A DNA stretch of 64,000 nucleotides, from contig NC_043000.1 in the NCBI RefSeq assembly GCF_006345805.1, positions 135,656,001-135,720,000 of the forward strand. The letters are read 5' to 3'. Origin of the DNA: Octopus sinensis. Lineage: Eukaryota. Below the pieces are notes generated by a model that was not told where the DNA came from, did no database searches, and saw only the letters and a list, made by a program, of their open reading frames with translations. The translations under genes were made by a program, and so were the position numbers. Every line of letters begins with the position of its first letter. The first letter of the stretch is position 1. Shown one piece after another: positions 1 through 12,873 of the stretch.

Positions 1-415
1 ACTACATACATTTAACGGGTAAGAATACATTTAAAAAGGCGTGTAAGAGACACGGAGAACTAGTGATCAAACCGGACCAGATATCTAAAGTCTAACGTCG
101 AATGAAGGGTGATAGCATCCAGGCAAACAAGCGTTGGCTATAAGCAATGTACCAGTCGAGCTAACGAAAGTACAATAAAATAGATTGAAATAAAAGATAA
201 TGAAGCAGAAAATATGGAAAATCAGGAAAACGATAGAAGATAGTAATTCTTCACAGATATGTATACATCCTGAAAGTTGATAATTTAATATCACAGACAA
301 AAGAGGAGAAAATCCGAGTTTATCTTCGTAGTCGTTCTTCCTGGATAGGTAGGTAAATATTCGGAGAGTTCATACCCAGACCTTACAAATAAGAGAGTGG
401 AGAATGTGGTTAATT

Positions 416-553
416 CTTTACAGCTGTTTCTAGGGTTTTGTAGTCAGTAATGTGCATTGTGTGATATATATACATGGAGTAGATTGGTGTTAACGAATAT
501 ATATAAAATAATACAAGTATAAATTATATAAACACAAACCTCATCTTCAGAAG
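416..553 (-). ncRNA. Hammerhead-ribozyme-like motif (Penelope type) with a very long stem II insert
   Basis: Minus strand reads CTT-CTGAAGA-TGAGGTTTGT...(~90 nt)...ACAAAACCCTA-GAAA-CAGCTG-TA-AAG: intact core, palindromic stem III, 3-bp stem I. Confidence 0.45.
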
Positions 554-679
554 GGATATTTACTTATCTATCCATGATGAACAACTACGGACTACTCGGT
601 ACTCGGACCCTTCTCACTTTTATCTGTGACTCTAAAGTATGTTCCAGCTTTAGTATTACAGATATTATGAAGAATTATT

Positions 680-856
680 CTTTTCTACTCTAGACACAAG
701 GCCCGAATTTTGGGGGGAGGGAACCAGTAGATTAGATCGACCCCAGCACGCAACTGTTACTTAATTTATCGACCCCGAAAGTCGACCTCGGCGGAATTTG
801 AATGCAGGTCGTAAAAACAGACGAAATGCCACTAAGTATTTCGCCCGGCGTGCTAA
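680..856 (-). mobile_element. tRNA-derived SINE family A (tail type B), 5'-truncated
   Basis: Shares body ACGTTCTGAGTTCAAATTCCGCCGAGGTCGAC...GGGGTCGAT with other copies; 16-bp TSD ATTATGAAGAATTATT at 664-679 and 857-872. Confidence 0.85.
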
Positions 857-1023
857 ATTATGAAGAATTATTATAAACTCACTTTTCGATTTTCCATTTA
901 TTCTGCTTGATATCATTCATATAATACTCACTTCTGTATAACTGTTATACAAATACTTTGATGCCGTTAACAACTGCTTGTCCATCTTCTATTTCAATGT
1001 ACTTTGATTGCGTACATAAACAC

Positions 1024-1024
<1 letters not shown>

Positions 1025-1106
<82 letters not shown>

Positions 1107-1112
1107 AATCTG

Positions 1113-1186
<74 letters not shown>

Positions 1187-1224
1187 CATCCATCCATCTA
1201 TCTATCTATCTATCTATCTATCTA

Positions 1225-1262
<38 letters not shown>

Positions 1263-1283
1263 GCTAGCTAGCTAGCTAGCTAT
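1025..1283. repeat. Compound microsatellite (TCTG)n-(TCTA)n-(TAGC)n
   Basis: Direct reading. Confidence 0.95.
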
Positions 1284-1437
1284 ATACATGTATACACAAG
1301 CACCCTCCCATACATTCACATACGAAACCTTCAATGAAAGGTTTATCCTACAGGGCATGCTATATGGAAAATAATTATACATACTTATCTGATCTCTATA
1401 CACAAATTAATTGCAAATCTTTCTAGAATTAGTATAA

Positions 1438-1645
1438 CCTTTTCTACTCTAGGCACAAGGCCCGAAATTTTTGGGTAGGGGGTCAGTCGATTAGATCGAC
1501 CCCAGTGCACAACTGGTACTTAATTTATCGACCGCGAAAGGATGAAAGGCAAAGTCGACCTCGGCGGAGTTTGAACTCAGAACGTAAAGACAGACGAAAT
1601 CCTGCTAAGGATTTCGCCCGGCGTGCAAACGTTTCTACCAGCTCC
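1438..1645 (-). mobile_element. SINE family A (tail type B)
   Basis: Reverse complement of head, body and the GGGCCTTGTGCCTAGAGTAGAAA tail. Confidence 0.85.
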
Positions 1646-2039
1646 TGGTGATTATTAGTTCATAGTGTAACAGGATAAGGCGCTGGCCTCACATATTTAA
1701 GCTTTCTTTCCATTTGTGAACTTAGGAACCGTTCTTTTGTTAAATTAATTGTTTTGCACAGATGCACACTAAAAGATATAATAAGATAAATTAAAAACAA
1801 AAAGACACGAAAGATGAAATGGAGAATAAACTTGCTAAGAGGAATGTGTAGAGAAAAGAAGAAAGGTTTCTGTTGTTATTGAAAAACTATCTTGAAATGA
1901 ATAACAGGTCGAAAATAAAGAGAAAGAGATATGGAGGATAAGATAGATAGGATGACAGAAAGGCTGAAAAAGGATACATTAGTGAAATAATAAAGACATT
2001 GAAGGTTGAATGCAGAAAGAGTAATCACAGTGAAATGAG

Positions 2040-2098
<59 letters not shown>

Positions 2099-2260
2099 TT
2101 GACTTATGAAAAAAGAGAATGAGAGAGAAACAGCGAGTGGGGTGGGGAAGTAATACTGGGATTGAAATAAAAGTGTGAACTAATAAAGGGTATATTGGTA
2201 TGTTCCTTTGGATGGTAATATACATACGTACACACATATACGTATACACACACACACACA

Positions 2261-2308
<48 letters not shown>

Positions 2309-2344
2309 ACATAGCTGGGCCCCGTGCCGTCAAAAATGACGGCT

Positions 2345-2635
2345 AATTGTAGTATTTTATATATAAATAAGGTACAAAAGGAAGATTTTGGTTTAATAAT
2401 TCTTTTATTACTAAATTTTTTGTGAAGAATCTATCCGCAGCTAACATCTTTTGACTGCTTGTTTCCTTCAAAAGAATTTTCAAGTTTTCCTTCCTTCCTG
2501 TCCGATTTAAGGCCACATAATGCTGACCGTGACTAAATACGGGAGCTGGCAAGTAAATACCAAATACACAGAGTTGAAACGCTGCTTGATTTTTCTTTTC
2601 AGCGTTGAATGTTAACCATCCCACTTCTATTGCAT

Positions 2636-2693
<58 letters not shown>

Positions 2694-3185
2694 ATTCACA
2701 TACCTCCATTTTACATACACACATATAAACTCACACAGAGTTGAAACACTGTTTGACTTCTTTTTCACCGTGCAGTTTCCATCATCCTACTACGAAGTTT
2801 GCCATCATTTCTTCCTTCTTTATTCATCTATCACTCCTTCCTTTCTCATTCATATGTTGTGACGGAGAAAAGTGTATTATTATAGTAGATAAGGTACAAA
2901 ACCAAGTTTTTAGTTTAATAATTCTTTTACTATCAAACTTGTGAACAATCTATCGGCAACTAACATCCTTTGACTGCTTGTTTCTTTCAAAAGAATTTTT
3001 CAGTTTTCCTTCCTTCTTGCCCGACTTCAGGCCACACAAAACTGGCCGTGACTAAATATTAGAGCTGGTAAGTAAATACCAAATACACAGAGTTGAAACG
3101 CTGTTTGATTTATTTTTTTCAGCGTACAATTTTCATCATTCCACTACCATGTATGACATTACCCTGACCCTAACCCTAACCCTTC
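2345..3185. repeat. Diverged ~270-bp direct duplication, followed by a short telomere-like (CCCTAA) run
   Basis: 2345-2610 and 2870-3125 align (e.g. GTAAATACCAAATACACAGAGTTGAAACGCTG in both); CCCTGACCCTAACCCTAACCC at ~3162-3182. Confidence 0.7.
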
Positions 3186-3424
3186 CTTCCTTATTCATCT
3201 ATCACCCGTTCCTTTCTCATTCATAAGCACAAGATTATAGTACATTATCTCGGTAACCATGGGAGTTATGAAAAAATACAAAGCCCAGCAACACCACCAG
3301 ATCATTCTACACATCTGTGGAATTTTCGCGCAATTCCACCCAGTCGTTTGACCATGAATTCCAAGACAAGAAAATATACAAGAAAGAATCGCCCATGCCA
3401 AATATATATTTATACAATATATTA

Positions 3425-3842
3425 CTCTCTTTTTACTCTTTTACTCTTTTACTTGTTTTAGTCATTTGACTGCGGCCATGCTGGAGCACCGCCTTTAGTC
3501 GAGCAAATCGACCCCGGGACTTATTCTTTGTAAGTCCAGTACTTATTCTATCGGCCTCTTTTGCCGAACCGCTATGTGACGGGGACGTAATCACACCAGC
3601 ATCGGTTGTCAAGCAATGCTAGAGGGACAAACACAGACACACAAACATGTACATACACATACATACATATATATACATATATACGACAGGCTTCTTTCAG
3701 TTTCCGTCTACCAAATCCACTCACAAGGCTTTGGTCGGCCCGAGGCTATAGTAGAAGACACTGCCCAAGGTGCCACGCAGTGTGACTGAACCAGAACCAT
3801 GTAGTTGGTAGGCAAGCTACTTACCACGCAGCCACTCCTGCG

Positions 3843-3845
<3 letters not shown>
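3425..3845 (-). mobile_element. CORE-type tRNA-derived SINE family B (octopus OR-like)
   Basis: tRNA-like head, CORE-like CACCTTGGGCA(A)GTGTCTTCTACTATAGCC, internal microsatellite, (GTAAAAGA)n tail. Confidence 0.85.
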
Positions 3846-3888
<43 letters not shown>

Positions 3889-3919
3889 ATATATATTATA
3901 TTATGCACGTATGTATGTA

Positions 3920-3955
<36 letters not shown>

Positions 3956-3999
3956 TGTATGTATGTATGTATGTATGTATGTATGTAGTTGATGTATCA

Positions 4000-4552
4000 G
4001 GCGTGGCAATGTGGTAAGAAGCTTGCTTCCCGACCACATGGTTCCGGAATCAGTCCCCCTGCGTGACACCTTCGGCGAGTGTTTTCCATTATAGCCTGGG
4101 TCGACCAAAGCTTTGTAAGTGGATTTAGTAGACGGAAACTGAAAGAATCCCGTCGTATATATATATATGCATGTCTTAAATGGAGTTGCGTGAAGCGATC
4201 GTACTGCATTGCCTCTGTATATCACCTTATTTTGAAATTGTATGGATAATACCGTGCTAAATCCTGGTGCCTCAACTTAAGTACCGTATTCATCTGAATC
4301 TAAATTTATGAATACATGCATGTATGTATGTATGTAATTCGTCTTTCTGCGTTTGTCTTCCCCAACATCGCTTGACAGCCGATGTTACTGTGTTTACGTT
4401 CCCGTAACATTAGCGGTTCGGCAAAAGTGACCGGTAAAATAAGTACTACGTTTACAAAGAATAAGTCCTGGGGTCAATTTGTTAAACTAAAGGCAGTCCT
4501 CCAGCATGGCCGCAGTCAAATGACTGAAACAAGTAAAAGAATAAAAGAATAT
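4000..4552 (+). mobile_element. SINE family B with ~170-bp extra sequence in its internal microsatellite
   Basis: Head at 4000-4150; 3' half and tail at 4350-4552. Confidence 0.75.
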
Positions 4553-4582
4553 CAATCTCTCTCTCTCTCTCTCTCTCTCTGT

Positions 4583-4659
<77 letters not shown>

Positions 4660-4799
4660 TATATATATATACATATATATATACACGTACATATATATAT
4701 ACACATATATATATAGATATAGATATATAGATACATATATGAGTATATGTAAGGACATACGTCTCTCTCTCAGTATGTATGTATACAAGTATGTATATA

Positions 4800-4846
<47 letters not shown>

Positions 4847-4878
4847 TATATATATGTATGTGCGCATGTGTGTATTCA

Positions 4879-4909
<31 letters not shown>

Positions 4910-5004
4910 TGTATGTATGTATGTATGTATGTATATATATATATATATATATATATACAATACATACATACATACATATGACTAATATATATATATATAT
5001 ATAT

Positions 5005-5078
<74 letters not shown>

Positions 5079-5374
5079 TATGTATGTATGCATAGGTGAA
5101 AGCAGTTGCACGTAGGAACGTGTGGGATGGATGGGTATCGTTAGTAATATCCAATGAGCCCGCCAATAATATTTATTCTATTTTGCACACCAGACTAACA
5201 CGTTGCTATGTCAGGTTGAGTGATATACGATAGGTCCTGAGTATGTTTCACTAACCTCCTACCCTTAGTTACCCAGCGCTACTGTCTTTGATATTAATCG
5301 TTTTCATAACACAATCTTCCAACGAAGAATATTTATAAACATCTATCGAATTTGATAATTGCCCAACAACTTTG

Positions 5375-5405
<31 letters not shown>

Positions 5406-5482
5406 TGTATGTATGTATGTATGTATATATATATATATACGTATATATATATACGTATAAATATATATACGTATATATATAT

Positions 5483-5527
<45 letters not shown>

Positions 5528-5716
5528 TATATATATACATACTTATATATATATATATATATACATATATACATACACACATATGTAAATATACACACAC
5601 ACACACATGTGTATATATATAGTTATATATAAATGTTTGAATGTATACATATATACATACATATATGTGCATATGTGTACGTATATATATATATGTATGT
5701 GGCATTGCGTGTGTGC

Positions 5717-5763
<47 letters not shown>

Positions 5764-5770
5764 TGTGTAT
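4553..5770. repeat. Long (TA)n/(TATG)n/(TG)n microsatellite field
   Basis: Direct reading; source of many spurious YI/MYVC ORFs. Confidence 0.9.
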
Positions 5771-6158
5771 GAGTGCGTGTTAATTTTCGTTCGGTACACG
5801 AAGCTGTTTTGATGAAATTCGTCGGAAAGTTTGTAAATGTTTATTTTCATCATTGCGAGCAATTTGTGTATCCGCCTTTGTTCAAACAAGTCGTGTCAAG
5901 ACCGTTAGCGCCACCTGCACATACATGTGTTGTTCTCTGATAATTACCTGTGCGCATGGCACACTGCCATCGACATTTATCTCCTCATTAACACTGAACT
6001 GGGTACACACCCTCTCCAAAATTATTATTGCGGTCACCGTTATCATTGCAGCTGGTGTCGTTAGGGGTTTTACGTGTGTGTTTTTGTGTATTTGTGCGCA
6101 TGCGCGCGTGTAGTTGTGTGAGTTTTAGTTGTGGTTGTTTTTTTTATTGTTATATATC

Positions 6159-6769
6159 TATTTCTTTACTACCCACAAGGGGCTAAACACAGAGGGGACA
6201 AACAAGGACAGACAAACGGATGAAGTCGATTACATCGACCCCAGTGCGTAACTGGTACTTATTTAATCGACCCCGAGAGAATGAAAGGCAAAGTCGACCT
6301 CGGCGGAATTTGAACTCAGAACGTAGCCGCAGACAAAATATCTATTTCTATTTTTTTACTACCCACAAGAGGCTAAACACAGAGGGGACAAACAACGACA
6401 GACAAACGGATTAAGTCGATTACATCGACCCCAGTGCGTAACTGGTACTTATTTAATCGAGCCCGAAAAAATGAAAGGCAAAGTCGACCTCGGCGGAATT
6501 TGAACTCAGAACTTAACGGCAGACGAAATACCTTTTTCTATTTCTTTATCACCCACAAGGGGCTAAACATAGAGGGGACAAACAAGGACAGACATAGGTA
6601 TTAAGTCGATTGCATCGACCCCAGTGCGTAACTGGTACTTAATTTATCGACCCCGAAAGGATGAAAGGCAAAGTCGACCTCGGCGGAATCTGAACTCACA
6701 ACGTAACGGCAGACGAAATACCGCTAAGCATTTCGCCCGGCGTGCTAACGATTCTGCCAGCTCGCCGGC
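6159..6769 (-). mobile_element. SINE family A tandem array: 3 bodies, 1 head
   Basis: ~185-bp units; head only at 6721-6769; 19-bp TSD TTTTTTATTGTTATATATC at 6140-6158 and 6770-6788. Confidence 0.9.
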
Positions 6770-7059
6770 TTTTTTATTGTTATATATCAATATGATTGTA
6801 GGGTTCTTCTGTTTTATTCCTCTGTCATTTCTTTCTGTATGTATATGGTGTATGTGCGTGTGTGTGTTTGTGCGCGCGCGTGTTTGTGTGTGTATGCCTG
6901 CTTCTTTAAATTAATTCCCCACCTCATTCTACTTTCATCTGCCCCTTAAGTTCTGAATAAGACAGATTGAAACTGAAACTCTCAAAAGTACGTTTCATTG
7001 TACGTATTTCCAGTCTATCGTTTGACAAGTGGCTCCTGATTCGCCATCAAAATCATCCT

Positions 7060-7062
7060 CAA

Positions 7063-7096
<34 letters not shown>

Positions 7097-7440
7097 CACC
7101 ACCACCACCACAACCATCACCACCACCACCACCATCCTCACCACCATCACCATCACCACCACCACCACCACCACAACCACCACCTCCACCACCATACTCA
7201 CCACGACCACCACGACCACCACGACCACCACGACCACCACGACCACCACCACCACCACCACCACCACAACCACCATCACCACCACCACCACCACCATCCT
7301 CACCACCACCACCACAACCACCACCACCACAACCACCACCACCACCACCATCACCACCACCACCACCGTACTCACCACCACAACCACCACCACCACGACC
7401 ACCATCACCACCACGACCACCATACTCACCACCACCACCA
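7060..7440. repeat. Degenerate (CCA/CAA/CGA)n triplet repeat
   Basis: Open in several frames on both strands (poly-P, T, G, V). Confidence 0.9.
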
Positions 7441-7874
7441 TTGCTGTCTCTCTTCAAATGTCATTTAATTTTTCTTTGCTGCAATTCGTGATTTAATAAT
7501 TTAGTTTACTTTCTCTAAAACTCACTTACTTTCACTTTTATGCTGTCGATCAACCTGAAATATAGCAAGCGAATGTCCTTCAAATCAACCTCTATATTCG
7601 GGATGAGGAGAAAGTACTCATGGAATAGTCATATTGTCTGGAAATAATGACTGGTTAGTCACGACTGGAACACTTTTAGAGAAAGTTTGTTTGATCAGTG
7701 CTGACCTTGGAATAAACGTGGTGGAAGCAAACTATAGCTAAAAATCTTGCTGGGTAGCCATGAGGGTCTGGGGTTGATTCACTGCAGGGCATTGGGAAAC
7801 TGTTTTCTATCACAACAGGGTTTCGCTAAATATCGTAAGTAGAAATTGGTAGCTTGAAACTGTAGAACTGGAGA

Positions 7875-8124
7875 GACTCCAGATATTTTTGTGGGTCTCC
7901 TTCACGCGCAATTTCTGTGTATGTTATGTAAGTGAATATCTTTCAGCTGATATTTAGCGGGGAAAGATGTAAACGTCGGCGAGAAAAAAACAGAAAACCA
8001 GTTTTTGATATTGGTTCGGTATCGAGTTACGGACACACCTTTGGTATTCTCGGCGTTAAATAATGTAATGATTGATCCGTTGGAAACTTGTAACCACCGA
8101 TGCAACGCCGGACGATACTGCTAA
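7875..8124 (-). mobile_element. Helentron/DINE-1-like non-autonomous element, diverged
   Basis: Ends in GCAACGCCGGACGATACTGCTAAT, the reverse complement of the ACTAGCAGTATCGCCCGGCGTTGC terminus seen at 23408 and 46595. Confidence 0.55.
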
Positions 8125-8699
8125 TAAAAATAAACAAACAAAAGCTGAGAAACAAGCTTTGAAATTTCGAATATAAAACTTTTAAACTCTTTTCTGTTCT
8201 ACAAAACGCAGTTGATTACGTTGACGTTTGCAATATCCACGTTGATCCCAACTCAAAAAACCATGGACTTGTAACTTATCCTTTTTGTCTTTGAGATTTT
8301 CATAATGCTTCATAATGGTACATTAAACCCCACAAAAATAAAATAATTTCAATGTTTTCCTCCTTGGTGCAATAAAATGGATTAACACGTAAATTTAGTG
8401 TCTATAAAGAAAATTTTTAATTTTGCAGTGAGCAGTTTTTCATTCGCACAATAATGGTCCTGGTGACGTATAATTTCCAAACGTTGATCCGGAAAAACAA
8501 TATGAGATGACCACTTGTAATTAACTCACCTGCCTCTTTGGAAGGTGTTCGCATGTAAATTATGGATGACACAAGAGAAACAAGGCTTTTTAAGTTTAAA
8601 TGAGAGGATATTACTATAACGCAATTAAATTTGAATTTTACTCTCAATTAAATTCGAAACTTGTGTACGTGTGTGTGTATACGCGCACGCACATGCGAG

Positions 8700-9530
8700 T
8701 GCGTTACTTTGTTTGAAGGCTTTTTCCTGCTTTATATATTTTATTGCTCATTCTGATATTTTGTCCTTGTCAGTTGTCCTTTCCGCCTCTAAAAGGGTGT
8801 TGGTGTTTGCTGCCTTACTTACTTGCATCTGGAATAGATAGAGTGTTTGGTTGCTGATTTCTACGACAGGGCAGGAAGCGACTTCTTCTGCCACTTCCGG
8901 AACTGAGAGTTGTGGTGCTCTGGAAAATGCAGTCGACTTTTCCCTCCGCCTTTCCGTCTTCCACTTTTGTCCATCACCCCAGGAGAAAGATGCTCAATTG
9001 GTTTTTTGCTACCACGACTGTAAGAACTTAGCTTTCTGCTTTGCACTATCAGTTTTATGCCCTTCGTTTCCGCATCCCCAAGAAAACACACCTCGAGTAT
9101 GACTGGTCCCTCTTGACTAAATATCCTCCTTTTGCATTGACCAGCCAACAATACTATAACAAAAGAGTGACAATGAACCAAGAACCAATATCGTTGCAAA
9201 TACCCCTGACTGTTATCCTTATATTTCTCTGCTCCAAATATCGGAGCACAAGTATATGGCTAGGCATGTGGGTTATTATTTCAGCCTGTATAGAGGTTGA
9301 ATTTCGGTCCCAAAACATATAAAGACAGTTCCGTAACCATAACGTGCACAATGGAAAAAATTTCACTAGATATACATGAATGGCTTCTTTCAGTTGCTGT
9401 TTTGAAAGCAAATGAATATCTTCACCATTTTTCAGGATGCAAAAATAGATGACTTTTACCTTGTTAATTCATATAGATACTGCACAGTCGAGGGAAAATT
9501 GTGAGGCTTAAACTGACTTTTTCTTTTCCA
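8700..9530 (-). mobile_element. Decayed LINE ORF1-like (possibly L1/Tx1) remnant
   Basis: RYLEQRNIRITVRGICNDIGSW is similar to HYMGQENIRVTVKGVISDIDSW at ~13380-13450; degenerate knuckle-like WGCGNEGHK downstream; many stops. Family assignment is inference. Confidence 0.35.
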
Positions 9531-9979
9531 TGAGTTTAGTTATATCAAATATTTCTACCTTCAAGACAATTATTTCACTTGGCAGTGTAAGTATGTATAC
9601 GAATGTTGTCGCTGTTGTTAACACAAAGTAACAATACACAAATTAGCAGGGTTTTTTTTCATGAAGATATAAGTTATTATCTTCTTCTAAAACGTGTGTG
9701 TTCTGATATACATTATTTTCTTGTACTTTTGCATGTGTGTTTTGTGAGTGTGATACTCTTGGTGTTGAATTTTTTTTCTTTTAGGAGTAGGCGTGGCTGG
9801 ATATTTTTTCAGTATGTAGATAAAGTAAAAGAACTATCGTTTGTGTAATAAAAAAAAAACACTCTTTCATGCAGTTTCATGAGGGAGAAACTTTCACTTC
9901 TTGAGGTGATTCGAAAACGGCAGCTATGAATAACATGAAGGAAAAAAAGGAGAAAAACAACAACAATGATGATGATGAT

Positions 9980-10057
<78 letters not shown>

Positions 10058-10063
10058 TATTAC

Positions 10064-10103
<40 letters not shown>

Positions 10104-10657
10104 GAGTGAGAGAGCAGTTCATGCCATCAAAGTGACACTGGGGTAAAATATACGAAGCCCAATATACCCATCATGACTACCCGTTTGATAAAGGTACACC
10201 AGGCACATGCATCACAACCATATGTGCGCGACATGGTGATCTCATATCAAGATAAACAGCACATGACCTTGCAGGTGGGGCCCAGTTAGAATTTTCTTCA
10301 GGTTGAGTAGCCCATCCCGCTCAAACGGTCCCTGAATAAGGGTTGTTTAAGGATGTTGAAAGAACCACCCATGTTTCCAGAGGTGAACTATTCAAACCCC
10401 AAAGAATCCCTCTCAACACATGGCTATGATGCTCCCCCACTACTTCTGCTCGTGATCAGAGATGCACATATCGTCAGCCACTAAGGGACATGCTCAACTG
10501 GTTAAGGTCAAACAACTGACAAGCAAATCTGTGGTATTGAGCAGAATATTTGCTGTAGCCCATCTTTTATACCAAGACAAAACAATGTACATGATAACAC
10601 TTCCAATCAGTTAAGATCAGAAGCCATGAGAGCCACTGCCTGGTACTGCATCAGGGC

Positions 10658-10661
<4 letters not shown>
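10104..10661 (-). mobile_element. ~555-bp non-coding interspersed element embedded in (AAT)n
   Basis: End-to-end reverse-complement homolog at 56819-57372; both copies are flanked on both sides by AAT-type repeats. Confidence 0.85.
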
Positions 10662-10697
<36 letters not shown>

Positions 10698-10700
<3 letters not shown>

Positions 10701-11715
10701 AACTCGCGCGTAGTCGCAGTAGTTAGGTATGGCGCTGGAATCCCGTAGTGGACAGAGGAGGAGCTAAAGGAGATGGAGAAGAAAGCTCCTAACGATGCAT
10801 GAAGCCCATTATCAACGCGCAGACACTGATCGCCTATACATAAAGAGAGCAAATGTAGGAAGGGAACTCATAAGTGTGGAAGACTGCGTGCGTATCGAAC
10901 TCGGGAGCTTAACGAAAGGCCTAGCCCAAAAAAGGAAACGTTGCTAGTGACAGTTAGGAACGAGGGAGTATTGCGAGCAGAGGAAAAAAGGGAAAACAAA
11001 GGAAGAGGTATAAAAAGGACACGAAGAATAATTACGCCAGAAGGGACTACGCAATCAATTCCATGTAGCCACAACAGAAGTTGCTGGAAAAAATAGGTGG
11101 GATTAGCAGATGAAAGGAACCCTTACAAAAGAAACCGAAAGCATTATACTGGTAGCGCAAGTCCAAGCCTTGGCCACGAACTGAAGGGTCAACTTTAGGA
11201 ATGAGCAAGTGTCTCCGCTCTACTGCATCAATATCACGAACGAATGCCCAAGACTTGCCCAAAACCACTACATGGTGTGGCGACACTACCAGGTAGCGAA
11301 AGCGCTCCATTGGAAACTGCACGAAAAATGAGGGCCAGAGAGAGATAAGATGCGGTACGAGTACAAACCACAGAGAGTGACAGAGTCGAGATTAGCAAAA
11401 TCCTCTGGGATTTCCCAATCTAAACAGATCAGGTGCTAAAACATAACAGACCGGGCCTAGTGGTGGTGGACAAGGTGCACCACATGTGCTATATAGTTGA
11501 TGTTGCATGCCCCTTTGGCCCACGAATGGAAGGTGTAGATAGTGTCAATTGTTGTTGGGTCCTTGGGAACAGTATCAGAAGGCATTAAGAGGAACATAAA
11601 GGAAATTGGACTAGAGTGCCCAGCAGAATTGTTATAAGATGTTTGCCTCATTGGCACGGCTAGAATAATCAGGTAAGTATTAGAGTGCTGTAAAGAACGA
11701 GTAGCATGGTAAAGC
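10698..11715 (+). mobile_element. R4/Dong-like RLE non-LTR retrotransposon fragment 1 (decayed)
   Basis: INSRVVAVVRYGAGIP, RADTDRLYIKRANVGRELISVEDCV, KETESIILVAQVQAL, KILWDFPI*TDQVLKHNRPGLVVVDK...IVDVACPF, CLIGTARIIR. Confidence 0.85.
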
Positions 11716-11729
11716 CCTATACAAAAAAT

Positions 11730-12569
11730 TGAAAACGAATGAAACTGAAAATAGGTGGGTAAAGAAAAGAATGCATGGCCAATTTCATAGGGATGTTGAA
11801 GATAAGACAGACAGAGAAACAAATGGCTGTGGATGACTAAAAGTGATTCAAGTTCAGAAACGGAGGCTCTAATCTGTGCTGCCCAAGAGCAAGCACTAAG
11901 AACAAACTACATAAAATACAGCAGAAAGTGATAAGTGCAGAATTTGTGGACAAAACGGTGAAACCGTATGGCATATTACGAGCCAATGTACACCACAAGT
12001 CCAGAAGGAATATAAGAGACGCCACTAAAGTAGCACTGGACACTTTGCAACAAGTATGGACTTGACAGAACAAAAAATTGGTACGACCACAAACCTGAAG
12101 GCATCGTCGAAAATAGAAATGCAAAGAGCCTATGGTATCTTATGATTCGGTGCGACCATGTGATAGAGAATAGGAAGCCAGACATAGTCTTAATTGAGAA
12201 AGGAAACAAACTATGCTGGATCATAGATATAGTATGCCCAGCTGACAACAAGGTATGCGATAAGGAAAAGAGAAAAGTCGAGAGATATAAACAGGATAGC
12301 TTGGGAAGTTAAGCAGTTGTGGTCGGTGAAAAAGGTAGCAGTAGTACCAATAATTGTCGGAGCCCTGGGAACAGTGGGAAAAAATCTTGAGAAGTACGTG
12401 GAACAAATAGGGACTGCAATAAGGGTGGAGCAATTGCAGAAAACAGACTGCTTGGAACCGTTCGAATACTCCGTATGTTGCTCGAAAAATAAGAGGTCTT
12501 ACTTTAGTTCAATGGTAGTGAACAGCTGACACCATAGTACATCTCCAGCGTTAGAAGCTGTGCAAAGGC
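11730..12569 (+). mobile_element. R4/Dong-like RLE retrotransposon 3' fragment 2 (different subfamily), ending in (AAT)n
   Basis: MHGQFHRD, SETEALICAAQEQALRTNYIK, CCHC knuckle CRICGQNGETVWHITSQC, endonuclease RKPDIVLIEKGNKLCWIIDIVCP, VPIIVGALGTV; 3' end joins (AAT)n at 12570. Confidence 0.9.
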
Positions 12570-12622
<53 letters not shown>

Positions 12623-12623
<1 letters not shown>

Positions 12624-12833
12624 CCTTTCTACTACACGCACAACGCCTGAAATTTTCGGGGAGGAGATCAGTCGATTAGAACGACCCCAGTGCGCAACTC
12701 GTACTTCATTAATCGACCCCGAAAGGGTGAACCGCAAAGACGACCCCGGCTGCATTTGAACTCAGAACAAGATAGACGAAATACCGCTAAGCATTTCGCC
12801 CGGTGTGCTAAAGATTCTGCCATCTCGCCGCCT
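12623..12833 (-). mobile_element. SINE family A (tail type B), tail-to-tail with R4/Dong fragment 2
   Basis: Full head to tail; its (ATT)n tail is the same tract as the 12570-12622 (AAT)n. Confidence 0.85.
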
Positions 12834-12835
12834 TG

Positions 12836-12871
<36 letters not shown>

Positions 12872-12873
<2 letters not shown>

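Noticed and set aside
6967-7491. 174-aa proline-rich ORF with extensin-like SPPPPPYSP repeats
   Set aside because: Read-through of a (CCA)n repeat that is open in multiple frames on both strands; non-ATG start; no splice or domain support.
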